Shown in pieces: positions 27,431-37,655 of a DNA stretch of 64,000 nt. The notes under the pieces were generated by a model, which was not told where the DNA came from, made no database searches, and worked only from the letters and a program-made list of their open reading frames with translations. The position numbers and the translations under genes are program-made. Numbering within the stretch: the stretch's first letter is position 1; every line of letters begins with the position of its first letter. Origin of the DNA: Myxococcota bacterium (GTDB taxonomy: Bacteria > Myxococcota_A > SURF-8); contig CAXXQS010000002.1 of assembly GCA_963674735.2 (NCBI GenBank), positions 1,088,001 through 1,152,000 of the forward strand, in the 5' to 3' direction.

Positions 27431-29029
27431 ATGCTTGAGGAAACACGCCCAAACACCGAGGTTTCCACTCCGGTTACGCGGATCTTCCGTTACGGACCGG
27501 AGCTGCTTTTAGCGCTGGCGGCCTGCTTTCTGCTTCTGTTCAACCTGGCCGATCGCCCCCTGTGGACCGACGAAGCCGAGTCGGCGCTTTTGGCGCAAAG
27601 TATCGTCGAACATGGGCTGCCCTACGTCGCTGTCGGAAATAACATCGTCAAGATCGCGCGCGATATCGACGCCAACGCCGACGGCTTGTGGGTCTGGACG
27701 CCTTGGCTGGATGAATACCTCTGCACCGCCTCCTTTGCCCTCTTCGGGACGAGCACCTGGGCGGCGCGCTTTCCGTTCGCGCTGATCGGTCTCTTGTGTG
27801 TGTGGATCATTTATCGACTTGGGTGGCGCTTGTGGCGAAACCGTGCCGTGGCATTGACGGCCGCGTTTCTGCTCACCAGCAACCTCGCGTTTCTGTTATT
27901 CGCGCGCCAGTGCCGCTATTACGCCGTGGTGATGGCGGCGCAGCTTGTTCTGACGGCCGGTTTCGCGCAGCTGGCCCAGGCCGATAACCGCCGCGGAACC
28001 TGGCTGGTGGCGCTGGCGCTGGTCGTCCAGTTCTACTGCAATTACATGATGCTGCCCGGCAACCTGCTGGCGTTGGCGGCGGCAATGTTGCATGGCCGAA
28101 GCGGCCGTCTCGCCTGGCGGCGTCTGATCATTTCCGGCGTCCTTTTCACCCTGGCGGTTCTACCTTGGCTGGCCTACGCCAAACCCTTCGGTCAGGCCGG
28201 AAGCCTCGGCCCCGATCACGCCTGGACGCACCTGGTTTTTTACAGCGACCGCTTGCATTTCCACGTGGTTCCGCTCGTGCTGCTCCTGTTGCCCTTGGCC
28301 GGGCATTTTCTCAAGCGACCGATCACCGCGCCCTTCGAGAACGACGTAACCCGCGCCGCCGAGCGTTTTCTGCTGTGGTGTTTTCCGGCTCACTTTTTCG
28401 TTCTGAGTTTCCAGGGGCTCAATTTCTTCCGCTACATGTTGCCGTTGTTGCCGGCGGCCATCCTGCTTGCGGCGATCTGGCTGGTGCGGGTTTTGCCCGC
28501 GCGCCGCTGGCTGGTTCTGGCGGTGGCGCTTTTAGGACTGACCAACGTCGTGGCGGTCGGCACCGGCGCGGCGGTCGGCGTGCAGCGCCCGTTGGGATCG
28601 CCGCTTGTGGAACAGATCGTTTCCCTCACCACGCCCTACGCCAGCCGACAGACGCGGGTCACGCAGTTCCTACGCGCAAATACCGCGCCCGGCGACCGAG
28701 TGCTGTGCGTCGATTCGGCTCTGCCGCTCATCTTCGATACCGGCTTGACGGTCATCAACGCCTCGCTGACGGACGGCCGCCTGCCGAGCCCGGCCCCCGA
28801 TTGGATTCTCAGCGAAAGCCTGACGGGGGTGTCGCCGCGACGCCTCGATGCTCTGCCCGCCGCCTTGGCTTCGCAATACGAGCGCCTCAGCTTCGACGTT
28901 CCCGACTCCGCCCGCCTCGGCGCCATGCCCGACCCGGTCATGCATGAAGCCTTCACCGCCCCCAAAAAGCGGGCCTTCGTTTTGTATCGTAAAAAGAAAA
29001 ACACGGAGAAATCAGGCGGGAGAAATTGA
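27431..29029 (+). CDS. ArnT/PMT-like GT-C glycosyltransferase
   Basis: LWTDE motif after TM1, ARFPFAL, RQCRYY, multiple TMs. Confidence 0.8.
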   Translation: MLEETRPNTEVSTPVTRIFRYGPELLLALAACFLLLFNLADRPLWTDEAESALLAQSIVEHGLPYVAVGNNIVKIARDIDANADGLWVWTPWLDEYLCTASFALFGTSTWAARFPFALIGLLCVWIIYRLGWRLWRNRAVALTAAFLLTSNLAFLLFARQCRYYAVVMAAQLVLTAGFAQLAQADNRRGTWLVALALVVQFYCNYMMLPGNLLALAAAMLHGRSGRLAWRRLIISGVLFTLAVLPWLAYAKPFGQAGSLGPDHAWTHLVFYSDRLHFHVVPLVLLLLPLAGHFLKRPITAPFENDVTRAAERFLLWCFPAHFFVLSFQGLNFFRYMLPLLPAAILLAAIWLVRVLPARRWLVLAVALLGLTNVVAVGTGAAVGVQRPLGSPLVEQIVSLTTPYASRQTRVTQFLRANTAPGDRVLCVDSALPLIFDTGLTVINASLTDGRLPSPAPDWILSESLTGVSPRRLDALPAALASQYERLSFDVPDSARLGAMPDPVMHEAFTAPKKRAFVLYRKKKNTEKSGGRN

Positions 29030-29046
29030 TCGTCGTTCGCCCTCCC

Positions 29047-29634
29047 CTAGCTGCCGTACCACTTGACCTGCGTAACGGCGCTAAAGCATCGCGCGCCTCG
29101 GCTCAACTCGTCGAAATAAAGGAGGGCCGCCTCGATCAGGGCCTGGACTTGCAGCTCGGTCGCGCTTTGTTTCTCGGAAAGTCGCATCCGTTTGGCGTCC
29201 TGCAGCCCTTCGCCGTCGAGCGCCCGGCGCAGGTGGTGGATGCGCAGAGCCAGGACGGATAGCCGGTCGATCACCATGGCGGGCGATTCGGTGTGCAGGG
29301 GCGCATCGGGTTGGGGAGGAGTCGCGCAGCTGTCGAGCAGGTCGAGCGCCGCCCGGTCGAGCGCTTCGATGGCGTCGTGGCGGCGCAGGTTTTCGCGGTC
29401 GATGCCGCGCTTGACACTCACGATCTCGGCGTCGGTCAGCTCGCTGCGACGCACCCGGTCTTCCAGTTCCCACAAATTCAGATTGCAACCGTGCAGCCGC
29501 ACCACCGCCGCCAGAAAGCCCGGATCGTTCGTCTCCGGCATCGGTGGCGGATCGGCGGCCATGGACAACAAGCCCACCCACAGCTCGCGCGGGTCGGGCA
29601 ACGGCGCACAGGGGCGTGTCGGACCTTTCGTCAC
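29047..29634 (-). CDS. DUF4254-like protein
   Basis: N..LWELEDRVR, KRGID..N..R.D.IE, ESP..VIDRLSVLALRIHH; GTGA overlap start. Confidence 0.7.
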   Translation of the reverse strand: MTKGPTRPCAPLPDPRELWVGLLSMAADPPPMPETNDPGFLAAVVRLHGCNLNLWELEDRVRRSELTDAEIVSVKRGIDRENLRRHDAIEALDRAALDLLDSCATPPQPDAPLHTESPAMVIDRLSVLALRIHHLRRALDGEGLQDAKRMRLSEKQSATELQVQALIEAALLYFDELSRGARCFSAVTQVKWYGS

Positions 29635-30521
29635 TGCAACACCCCCAGCCAGTCGCGCAGCAGAAACTCCAACCGCCCGACCAGAAGCGACATACGCGCC
29701 ATGATGGTATAGCCGAAGGACGCCCCGAAGCTGACCATCAGGAAGTTGACGCCCAGCTTGCTCGCGGTGGCCACCGGCCCTTTTTGTTCGACCGAGAAGA
29801 AAAAGTAAACCAAGACCGTCAAAACCCCGAACAACACCACCACGGAACTCACGCCCGGAATATGCCAGAAGATACCGATGAAAAGCAGCACCGCCGCCGG
29901 TAAGAGCGCCAGCGCGTTCAGCCAGGGTTTGTTGATCAACGACAGCCACAGCCAATCGAGAATCATATAACCCAACACCGCCGCCAGAAATGCGCCTTCC
30001 AACCACAGGTGGACGGGGTCGGCCGACACGAACAGCGGGCCGACGGTGAAGTGCAGCTGCTCGATCATGTAGGTTTCGATGTAATTGGGAATCGCGATAC
30101 CGGAATAAAAGCCCATGATAAACGCGAACGAGATGCGGCTCATCCAACCGAAACGGCGCGACACACGGAAAAGCAGCGCAATCCCCATGAGAAGCGGCAC
30201 CAGCCGCAGCCAGCGACGCGGCACGCCCGGATCGGGAAAGAACAGCGGCTTGATCAGATCGGGCCAGAAAATGTTGAACCAGTAAACGGTGGTCACATAA
30301 CCGGCCGCCACTCCGATATACAGATGCTCCACCAGCTTGAACAACACGTTGTCTTTGTACAAAAAGCTATACATCGAAAGCGTGATGGCCGCCGCCAGCA
30401 TAATGCCGAAGCCCGTCCAGTCGGCGGGCAATCGGCCGCTGATCAGCAGCCAGGCATTGGAGCCGAGAATCAATGTGGCCAGTGCGGCGAAGAGGATGCG
30501 ATCGCGCAGATGTTCGTTCAT
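29631..30521 (-). CDS. Uncharacterised polytopic membrane protein
   Basis: YSFLYKDN.LFK..EHLYIGV, FLMVSFGASFGYTIMAR; many TMs. Confidence 0.8.
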   Translation of the reverse strand: MNEHLRDRILFAALATLILGSNAWLLISGRLPADWTGFGIMLAAAITLSMYSFLYKDNVLFKLVEHLYIGVAAGYVTTVYWFNIFWPDLIKPLFFPDPGVPRRWLRLVPLLMGIALLFRVSRRFGWMSRISFAFIMGFYSGIAIPNYIETYMIEQLHFTVGPLFVSADPVHLWLEGAFLAAVLGYMILDWLWLSLINKPWLNALALLPAAVLLFIGIFWHIPGVSSVVVLFGVLTVLVYFFFSVEQKGPVATASKLGVNFLMVSFGASFGYTIMARMSLLVGRLEFLLRDWLGVLQ

Positions 30522-30530
30522 GATGCCCCC

Positions 30531-31373
30531 CTATGCCCGGCCGGAACGTCGCGCGCGACGCTCCAGGAAAAAGATCACGTTGCCGAACAACACCAGAAGA
30601 ACCAGCAGCACGTGGATGGCCGATTGCGGCCGCATGCCCACCGCCGCCCGGTCGGGCCGGTCGATCAGCGTTTCATATTCGGCGGCGCCCACCAAGCCTC
30701 CCAGCAGGCCTTTGATCTGGCCCGTTTGCAAGAAGGGGTAAACGTCGGGCGCCATCACGCCGGTCGCGCCCACCCCATATTTGAAGCGGTATTTCTCGCT
30801 GCCGAAGACCATCCAAACTTCCCAGGCGGCCGTGGAGGCCACCGAGAACACATAGCCGAAGTCCGACAACGACCCGATGTCCTTGGTGATGGGATAGCTT
30901 TTGAGATCCACCCCTTTGAAGTCCAGAGGAAAGGCGTCGTAGAAATCCTGGCCCATGTTGATCACCAGCGTGGCGAAACCCGCCTTGTAACCGAGATAGA
31001 CGTAATCCTCGCCGTACTTGCTGCCGAATTCGGCGGCGGTTTCTTCGAGCACCGTCTGACCCAGATTCTGACCGTGCGGGTTGTGGGTCATGCCCACCAC
31101 TTTGACATCGCGCATGAAGGCGTGACGCAACACCGCGCGGCTCATCGGCTCCAGTTCGGGTTTGCCTGCGGGATCGTAATCCATCGAAAGCAACAGCACC
31201 TCGCCGCTTTCGTGCAGAAGCTCGATCTGGTCGTAGACGTCTTTCACGATCCGCTTGGGTCGGCTGGGTAAATCGAAGTCCACCAGACGTGCGAAAATCG
31301 CCGCCACCAGGACAAACAAAAAGATCCAGCGGCGGTCGAGATCCAGCAGCCGGTTGAGCGTCTGCCGCTTCAT
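30531..31373 (-). CDS. Uncharacterised membrane-anchored alpha/beta protein
   Basis: TAATG coupling; DYDP...PEL.P, YGEDYVYLGY, GLLGGLVGAAEYE. Confidence 0.8.
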   Translation of the reverse strand: MKRQTLNRLLDLDRRWIFLFVLVAAIFARLVDFDLPSRPKRIVKDVYDQIELLHESGEVLLLSMDYDPAGKPELEPMSRAVLRHAFMRDVKVVGMTHNPHGQNLGQTVLEETAAEFGSKYGEDYVYLGYKAGFATLVINMGQDFYDAFPLDFKGVDLKSYPITKDIGSLSDFGYVFSVASTAAWEVWMVFGSEKYRFKYGVGATGVMAPDVYPFLQTGQIKGLLGGLVGAAEYETLIDRPDRAAVGMRPQSAIHVLLVLLVLFGNVIFFLERRARRSGRA

Positions 31374-32023
31374 TACTCGCCTCCTAAATAGGCGCGCTCG
31401 ACGCCGAAGATGATGCGCAGCGAGGTCGCCACCACGCCCAGGGCGACACCGAGAAAGATGCCGCGCTTGACCGCCGCATTGGGAATTTCCATCAGCCAGG
31501 TCGATAACTCGGGGAGCTTGGGCGAGATCATGTCGCCGATGGGCACCTGCCCCACCATGACCACCAGCGCCGCCACCAGAAGCAGCGCCGCCGAACCGGT
31601 CCGGGCGCGGAACGTGCGGTAGGCGGCCGAGGCGATGAAAAAGGCCAACACCGAAAACATGGTCGCTCCGGCGGGCTTGAAGATGTAATCGTAAATCCAG
31701 TTCAGCATACCGTGGCTGGCACGCTGGGCGAAAATCCAATCGCCTTCATTGTAAATACCCACCAGAAACGTGATCAGGAAGCCGGTCCACAACACGATGG
31801 AATAACCGAAGCCCGAGTCGCGCCGTTCGATGCGTTTGAAGTGCATGCGCAACAGCGAATACATCCCCAGGAGCAGCGCGAACGCGGCCAGCAGGCGGTC
31901 CCAGCCCACCAATTCGGTGTACATGTCCTCCATCGACTGATGCGGCACATAGCCGATCATAATGCCGATCATGCCGAACACGAAGGCGATCATCAGCGGG
32001 AGTTGACGTTTCAAGAAAATCAT
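31373..32023 (-). CDS. Uncharacterised polytopic membrane protein
   Basis: TMFSVLAFFIASAAYRTFRAR, PN.A..RGI motifs; about 6 TMs. Confidence 0.8.
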   Translation of the reverse strand: MIFLKRQLPLMIAFVFGMIGIMIGYVPHQSMEDMYTELVGWDRLLAAFALLLGMYSLLRMHFKRIERRDSGFGYSIVLWTGFLITFLVGIYNEGDWIFAQRASHGMLNWIYDYIFKPAGATMFSVLAFFIASAAYRTFRARTGSAALLLVAALVVMVGQVPIGDMISPKLPELSTWLMEIPNAAVKRGIFLGVALGVVATSLRIIFGVERAYLGGE

Positions 32024-32033
32024 GGCTTCTCCC

Positions 32034-33554
32034 TCAGAACGACTCGGTCAAATAGTAGATCCACATCCAACCCAGGCTGGACAGCAGCACCCCTAAGGTG
32101 GCCACGGCGATCAGCACGCCCTTGGTGAGATCCTGCGCCTTCAGGCTGGCCAGCAGCTTGGGATCGCGCGACAAATACGCGCTGGCGGCGTAAAGTTCCT
32201 CCCCCATCAGGGTGTAATCACAGGTGGTGATGAAGAAGGGAAGCTGGGTGTAGCTGTCGGTTCCGGCGATCTGGATGGCTCCGATGTGGGAACCCGTCTC
32301 GGTCAGCAGCAGCGCCTCGGCGTAGTAGTAGCCGAAAAAGAAATTCGAGGCCGGGCGCTCGCGCAGAAACATGCCTTCCACACCGGTGGCGTAGGAAAAC
32401 TGATCCTGGCTGACATAGAACACGTGGTCTTCGTTATAAAGGTCGGGGCGTCCGGCGCGCAGGTAGGCTTCCTTCACCACTTCCTGACTGACGGCCAAGA
32501 CCACCGGATCGCGGTTGGTAACCTTGAACTCGGTGCCGTATTCCGCCACTTTTTCGGCGATCTTGCCGAGAATGTTGATGGCGGCCACGGTGCTGATGGT
32601 GGCGACGGTGGCCAGTCCGTGCACGAAGAAAATCGGCTTGCCCATCTCGGTCGCGCGCCCGATGGCTTCGTCCACCGCTTCCAAGCCCGCAATGCGGCGC
32701 ACGAAAATCTGTTCCGGATTTTTTCGCGCCCGCCAGGTGTAGAAAAGAATCAGCACGGCCATGAGCAGCGCTATAAAGAGGTTGTTGAGTTTATTGGAGT
32801 TGATCCAGTTCCCGACAGGCGCTTGGACGCGCGTCGCCTGTAAGCCGTCCTGCACGCCGCCGATCACGCTGAGACGCAGATGATACGGATGCCCGGTTTC
32901 CAAGCGCGTACTTTCGGGCGGCGTCCAGTTTTCGAGGCGCGCCAGAGTACGCGTGGCGTTCTCATGGCGGCTATACAGTGCGGCCAGTTGGTTGTCGCGG
33001 CGCAAGTAAGCTTCCACGTCACGGCTGGCACGCAGACGCGCGTCGCCTTCGGCGGCGTCCATACGCTGCTTGAGCGGTGTTAAACCCGCGATAAAAGCGG
33101 TGTACTCGTCTCCGGCCGCCCGCAGGTCTTCCTGCACCGCCTGCAACGTATCACCGGCAGCCACACGTTCGATCTCGGCTTTCTCGCGCAGCCGAGCGAC
33201 AACTTCCGCAGGCGGCGGCGCCGATGCAAATTTGAAGGCGTGGCGCGCCTGCGGGTCTTCGGGATGGCCGAAGATTTCGGGGTATTCCAGCGCCCACAGT
33301 TTGTCGCAAGGCGCCTCGATGAGTGTTTTCCAGGGACCGTCCGCAGCGGGAGCCACGGAAAGGCGGTAGGAGACACCCTCCCCTTCGAAGCTCTGGCGGT
33401 CCCAGGCGACGGTCAGGCTGTGTCCCGCATCGTCGGGGGTGTCGAAAAGCTCGAAGCCGACCCAGTCGGCCGCCCCAAGCGACGGCAAAAACAAGAAACA
33501 AAGGACGACGATCCAGCCGATCGTATTAAGGCATCTGCGCACCGGTTCCTTCAC
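32034..33554 (-). CDS. DUF6754-like protein with periplasmic FN3-like/coiled-coil N-terminus
   Basis: Signal peptide, DTPDDAG.S, RRIAGLEAVDEAIGRATEMGKP, QLPFFITTCDYTLMGEELYAASAYL. Confidence 0.75.
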   Translation of the reverse strand: MKEPVRRCLNTIGWIVVLCFLFLPSLGAADWVGFELFDTPDDAGHSLTVAWDRQSFEGEGVSYRLSVAPAADGPWKTLIEAPCDKLWALEYPEIFGHPEDPQARHAFKFASAPPPAEVVARLREKAEIERVAAGDTLQAVQEDLRAAGDEYTAFIAGLTPLKQRMDAAEGDARLRASRDVEAYLRRDNQLAALYSRHENATRTLARLENWTPPESTRLETGHPYHLRLSVIGGVQDGLQATRVQAPVGNWINSNKLNNLFIALLMAVLILFYTWRARKNPEQIFVRRIAGLEAVDEAIGRATEMGKPIFFVHGLATVATISTVAAINILGKIAEKVAEYGTEFKVTNRDPVVLAVSQEVVKEAYLRAGRPDLYNEDHVFYVSQDQFSYATGVEGMFLRERPASNFFFGYYYAEALLLTETGSHIGAIQIAGTDSYTQLPFFITTCDYTLMGEELYAASAYLSRDPKLLASLKAQDLTKGVLIAVATLGVLLSSLGWMWIYYLTESF

Positions 33555-33918
33555 TTTCCGAAGACTCTTCCGCCTCCTGGCTGCGCTGCTCGATCAAACG
33601 AATCAAGCGCCCCAGGGTGGCACGATCTTCCAGTAAAAGGGTGAAACGGTCGTAATCACCGGCATTTTTGAAAACAAGGCGCACGAAGGGGCGCAAAAAC
33701 GCCAGAGCCTGGGCACCCAGAAAATTGAGGGGTCGACAGGTTTCGAGCGTCAAGACAGCCACTTCCGCCAGCTTGCGGCGCACCAGAAAATCCACCATGC
33801 GATCCAATAACACCTGGTCGGAAGCGCTGAAAGCCGGACCCGGATCCAGGGCGAAGGCATGCCGCAGCCAAGCGCGCAAACCGTCAGGTTTGGATTGAGT
33901 CGAGTCGTGAGCGGACAA
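33526..33918 (-). CDS. Hypothetical protein
   Basis: TTG start with AGGAGGT RBS; LET.RPLNFLGAQ motif. Confidence 0.65.
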   Translation of the reverse strand: MSAHDSTQSKPDGLRAWLRHAFALDPGPAFSASDQVLLDRMVDFLVRRKLAEVAVLTLETCRPLNFLGAQALAFLRPFVRLVFKNAGDYDRFTLLLEDRATLGRLIRLIEQRSQEAEESSESEGTGAQMP

Positions 33919-34294
33919 AATCGAGCACCTCCTGTTGGCGTCCCGGACAGCGGATATACTCGCCCCGAAAGGCATCCAGCCGCGAAGGTCGCCGATAGGG
34001 CGAACAAAAAACTCCCGCCTCATCGGCCACGGCACGAGCGAAATCCGTCCAGGGACGAAAACGGCGCAGGGGCCAGATGCGCAGGGTCAACCCGCGTTCA
34101 TCGAGTTGGGCTTCACTGCGCAAAACGATGTCGCGCAGGGCGAAGGCCAAAACTCCGGCGGCGAACACCCCCCACCCGACATGTCCCATATAAAGAGCGG
34201 CCCCGACGCAAACCACGAGGAAAATCCCTACTAATAATAATGACTTCCAACGCGGCATCTCGGCGACAGGGCGCGACGCGATTCGCAAATTCAT
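33884..34294 (-). CDS. Hypothetical 2-TM protein with PH-like domain
   Basis: Two TMs then LDERGL..W..F..SP..RPSRLDAFRG. Confidence 0.6.
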   Translation of the reverse strand: MNLRIASRPVAEMPRWKSLLLVGIFLVVCVGAALYMGHVGWGVFAAGVLAFALRDIVLRSEAQLDERGLTLRIWPLRRFRPWTDFARAVADEAGVFCSPYRRPSRLDAFRGEYIRCPGRQQEVLDFVRSRLDSIQT

Positions 34295-34563
34295 GGTTTC
34301 ACAGTTTCGCCGCTTCCGAGTGTAACGCGTGGTAGCATAGCACAGCCGACCGGCGACGCAAGCCCTTTCGGAATTGAATCCCCCCTCTTTCGAGGCGAAA
34401 GCCCGCTCTCGCGAAAAAGCGTTGGACCCAATGTTAAAAGTCGGTTATGATTCGCCCAGCCACGTCGTATGACGACAACTTACCGGATGTACAGACGGTT
34501 TTATGATTTCATTTCTCAGATTCGCGCCGCGCATGCAGACGTCGCGGCGGGAAAGGACGGAAA

Positions 34564-36231
34564 ATGTCTCGATCCATCCTGCGTATCGCTGCGGTTGCAG
34601 CGGCCTTCACCATCCTGGGCTTGGGGCTTACCGGCTGTCCGAACATCGGCCAGGACGACCCGGAAACCTGCACCTATGATACCTGCCCCATCGCCATCAC
34701 CAACCCCGACTGGGGCGTGTTGCCGTTGCCCAATAATCTGTTGAACCCCGTTTTTCAGTCCGATATCCCGCTTGTGATCCCGGGCGTCGAAGCGGAAGAA
34801 GAGCCGCCCACCGGCATGAATCTACCCGTCGTCGATGACGACACGGTCGCATTTCGCGAAGAACTGGGTTATCCCGCCGTTCTCGACACCGAACTCAGCC
34901 GACAACTGATCGGCGGTATGAATAAGCTCGACGGTTACGTGCCCGGCTTCATCCCGCGCATCCCCGTCTCGCAGCCCATCGACGTCGCCAGCCTGACTCC
35001 CTTCGAAGCCGAGTTGGATGGCGAGGGAAACATCCTGTCGTCCAACGCCGAGACGGCCAATCTGTTCTTCCTCGACATCACCGATCGCGACGCGGTCAAG
35101 CCCATCGCGCCCGACAAATACCACCGCATTTTCAACGCCGAATTGGTGGAGACCCTGCCCTATCAACTGACCCTGCGCAACACCGCCTCGCTGTTCTTGC
35201 CCGACGATTTCGAGCAGGGACACACCTATTTGATGCTGATGACCGGCCTCAAAGACGATATCGGCGTTAAAGACACCAACGGCCAGCCCTTCTGGCCCGA
35301 CGGCTATTTCTCGATCTTCGCCTCGGAAAATCCCTACATTTTCCCGGATGGTTATCCACGCAACAACGTCATAGCCAATCCCGATCCGGCTGTACGCCTG
35401 GCAAAAATTCAGGAAGCCGAAGGCGCGCGTCAGATCACCGGCTTCGGTTTGGATCTGTGGCAGAACCTGGTTGGGGAAAGCCGCAGCCGTAGCGAAGTGA
35501 TTTCGGCCACGCATTTCACCATCACCAGCAACCCGCTGGCCGACTTCTTCGACCCGGCCGCCGCCAGCTTGCCCAACCGCAATCCGCTGCTGCCCAAACC
35601 GGCCGATGCACTGGTGTACGACAGCGATTTCGCCGTTCAGGAAGAAGCTGCGGAAGCCGACTGCAATCCGTCCATCACATTCAGCCTGTCGCGCCCGCTG
35701 GACGCGGACACCGTCACCGACGCCAATATCGCCCTCTACAAAATGGGCTCCGACGACAATTACGAAGCGGTGGACATCTCGGTGAGCGTCACCAACAACG
35801 ACGACGCCCAGACCGCCGCCGTCACCCTCACCCCGGATGACGCACTCGATCCCGACAGCAGCTACATGGTGGCCTTGTCCAACCGGGTGAAGGGCAAAAA
35901 CGGCCGCAACTCCGCCGACCAAACCTATTTCGGCCTGGCGCGCGTAACCACCGCATTGATCGAGGATGGCCAGTATTTGTCCCCCTACCTCGACAGCCGC
36001 GTCGACACACTCATTTTCATGAACAAAACCGGAGCGTTGGACAGCCTCGACAACATCGACGAGGAGGCCCTGCAAACGGCTACCGACACGCTGGCACGGG
36101 TTTTGAATCTGCTTGAAGCCTATCGCAAGAAATACGAGAAGCCGATCACCTGGCTGGTGGATTCGGAGTTCGTCACGGCCCGTGAAGATGTGGCCCTGTT
36201 CTGGACCTTCAGCACCGGCGCTTGCCAATAA
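34564..36231 (+). CDS. Lipoprotein with Pla-1/VolA lipase-N-like region and Ig-like (Big_5) domain
   Basis: LTGC lipobox, LPLPNNLL, MNKLDGY, ITFSLSRPLDADTV..TLTP..L, WTFST. Confidence 0.65.
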   Translation: MSRSILRIAAVAAAFTILGLGLTGCPNIGQDDPETCTYDTCPIAITNPDWGVLPLPNNLLNPVFQSDIPLVIPGVEAEEEPPTGMNLPVVDDDTVAFREELGYPAVLDTELSRQLIGGMNKLDGYVPGFIPRIPVSQPIDVASLTPFEAELDGEGNILSSNAETANLFFLDITDRDAVKPIAPDKYHRIFNAELVETLPYQLTLRNTASLFLPDDFEQGHTYLMLMTGLKDDIGVKDTNGQPFWPDGYFSIFASENPYIFPDGYPRNNVIANPDPAVRLAKIQEAEGARQITGFGLDLWQNLVGESRSRSEVISATHFTITSNPLADFFDPAAASLPNRNPLLPKPADALVYDSDFAVQEEAAEADCNPSITFSLSRPLDADTVTDANIALYKMGSDDNYEAVDISVSVTNNDDAQTAAVTLTPDDALDPDSSYMVALSNRVKGKNGRNSADQTYFGLARVTTALIEDGQYLSPYLDSRVDTLIFMNKTGALDSLDNIDEEALQTATDTLARVLNLLEAYRKKYEKPITWLVDSEFVTAREDVALFWTFSTGACQ

Positions 36232-36242
36232 GGGGGGATAAC

Positions 36243-37619
36243 ATGACCACGATGAAACACAACAGCCAAACGATCCGCCTCTCTCTCGTTATCCTCGCCG
36301 CGCTGTGGCTCCTGCCCGCGACGGCTTTCGCCAATGCCTTCTTCATCCAGGAAATGTCGGGCGACGGCATGGCTCAAGGTGGCGCGGTCGTGGCCGGGGG
36401 CACCAAGCCCTCCTCCATGTTCCAAAACGCCGCCAACCTGGCCTTCATCCCCGATCTGAATTTCGAACTGGTCGCCACCACCTACATTCCCCAAGTGCTG
36501 AGCTACACCAACCCGCAAGGGGAAACGACCGACAGCACCACTCCGGCGCAGGTGGTTCCCCACGCTTTCGCCTCCTTCAAAATCAACGACTGGCTGGCCG
36601 TCGGCATCGGCGAATTCGTCGACTTCGGTCTGGCGGTCAACTGGCCCGACGATTGGGAGGGCCGCCATATCATCATCGACGCAGCCATGAACTCCTTTAC
36701 CCTCAACCCCAACGTCGCCTTCGGACCCTGGCACGGCTTCGCCTTCGCGGTCGGGTTGGATGTCAAATGGGGAGCCGTAACCATCAAGCGCGCCCTGACT
36801 CTCGGCCTCAACCCCTACGGCGACGATGCGCCCAACACCCTCGAACTGGGCGGCCAGGCCTGGGGCTTCGGTGCCAACCTGGGCGTGATCTATCAGCCGG
36901 TGGACTGGGTGCGCCTGGGCATGAGCTACCGCTCCGGTATCAAAATGGCCATGAAAGGCGGAAAGGCCGATTTCGATGTCGCCACCCTTTACGCCGACCG
37001 CTTCCCCGATCAGGAATTCGACGCCACCATCAATCTGCCGCATCTGCTAAACTGGGGTGCGCGTTTCTATCCGGTGGAGAATTTCTCCTTCGAATTGGAT
37101 GTGTGGCTGACGATGTGGTCCTCCTACGACACCCTGAAGTTCACCTTCAGCGAAGGCCTCAAAGAAGGCCCGGAAAAAACCGTGAAGGTGCAGGAAGAAG
37201 CTCAAAACTTCAAAGATTTCATTCAAGTGCGGCTTGGTGGCGAATGGTGGTTCCACGAACACTTCGCCATGCGTTTCGGCGTCATGCTCGACGGCAATGT
37301 GGTTCCGTCCGACACCCTGAGCCCCATGCTGCCCGACGGGCATCGCATCAATTCCTGCTTGGGAATCGGCACGGAATGGTCCGGTTTTTACCTGGATCTG
37401 GCCTACATGCTGGTTTACATGCTGCCGCGCGACATGTCGGACAACGTAAACAACCCGCTGCCCGGCAAATACAAGTGGGTGGTACACGACATCACCGTCG
37501 GCGTGGGCTACCACTTCGATCCTTTCTTCAAAGATCAGGCTCCGGCGGAAGAGGAAGCCCCGATCGACGATCCCGCGGAGGCACCGTCCATCGCTCCGGT
37601 GGAACCGGTCCAGTCGTAA
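36243..37619 (+). CDS. fadL: FadL/OmpP1 family outer-membrane lipid transporter
   Basis: Signal, AFFIQEMS...AQGGA, MFQNAANL, FGL...W, LPDG.R. Confidence 0.88.
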   Translation: MTTMKHNSQTIRLSLVILAALWLLPATAFANAFFIQEMSGDGMAQGGAVVAGGTKPSSMFQNAANLAFIPDLNFELVATTYIPQVLSYTNPQGETTDSTTPAQVVPHAFASFKINDWLAVGIGEFVDFGLAVNWPDDWEGRHIIIDAAMNSFTLNPNVAFGPWHGFAFAVGLDVKWGAVTIKRALTLGLNPYGDDAPNTLELGGQAWGFGANLGVIYQPVDWVRLGMSYRSGIKMAMKGGKADFDVATLYADRFPDQEFDATINLPHLLNWGARFYPVENFSFELDVWLTMWSSYDTLKFTFSEGLKEGPEKTVKVQEEAQNFKDFIQVRLGGEWWFHEHFAMRFGVMLDGNVVPSDTLSPMLPDGHRINSCLGIGTEWSGFYLDLAYMLVYMLPRDMSDNVNNPLPGKYKWVVHDITVGVGYHFDPFFKDQAPAEEEAPIDDPAEAPSIAPVEPVQS

Positions 37620-37655
37620 ACGTGTGAAGTTTCAGGACGTAGTCGAGGCAAGCGG

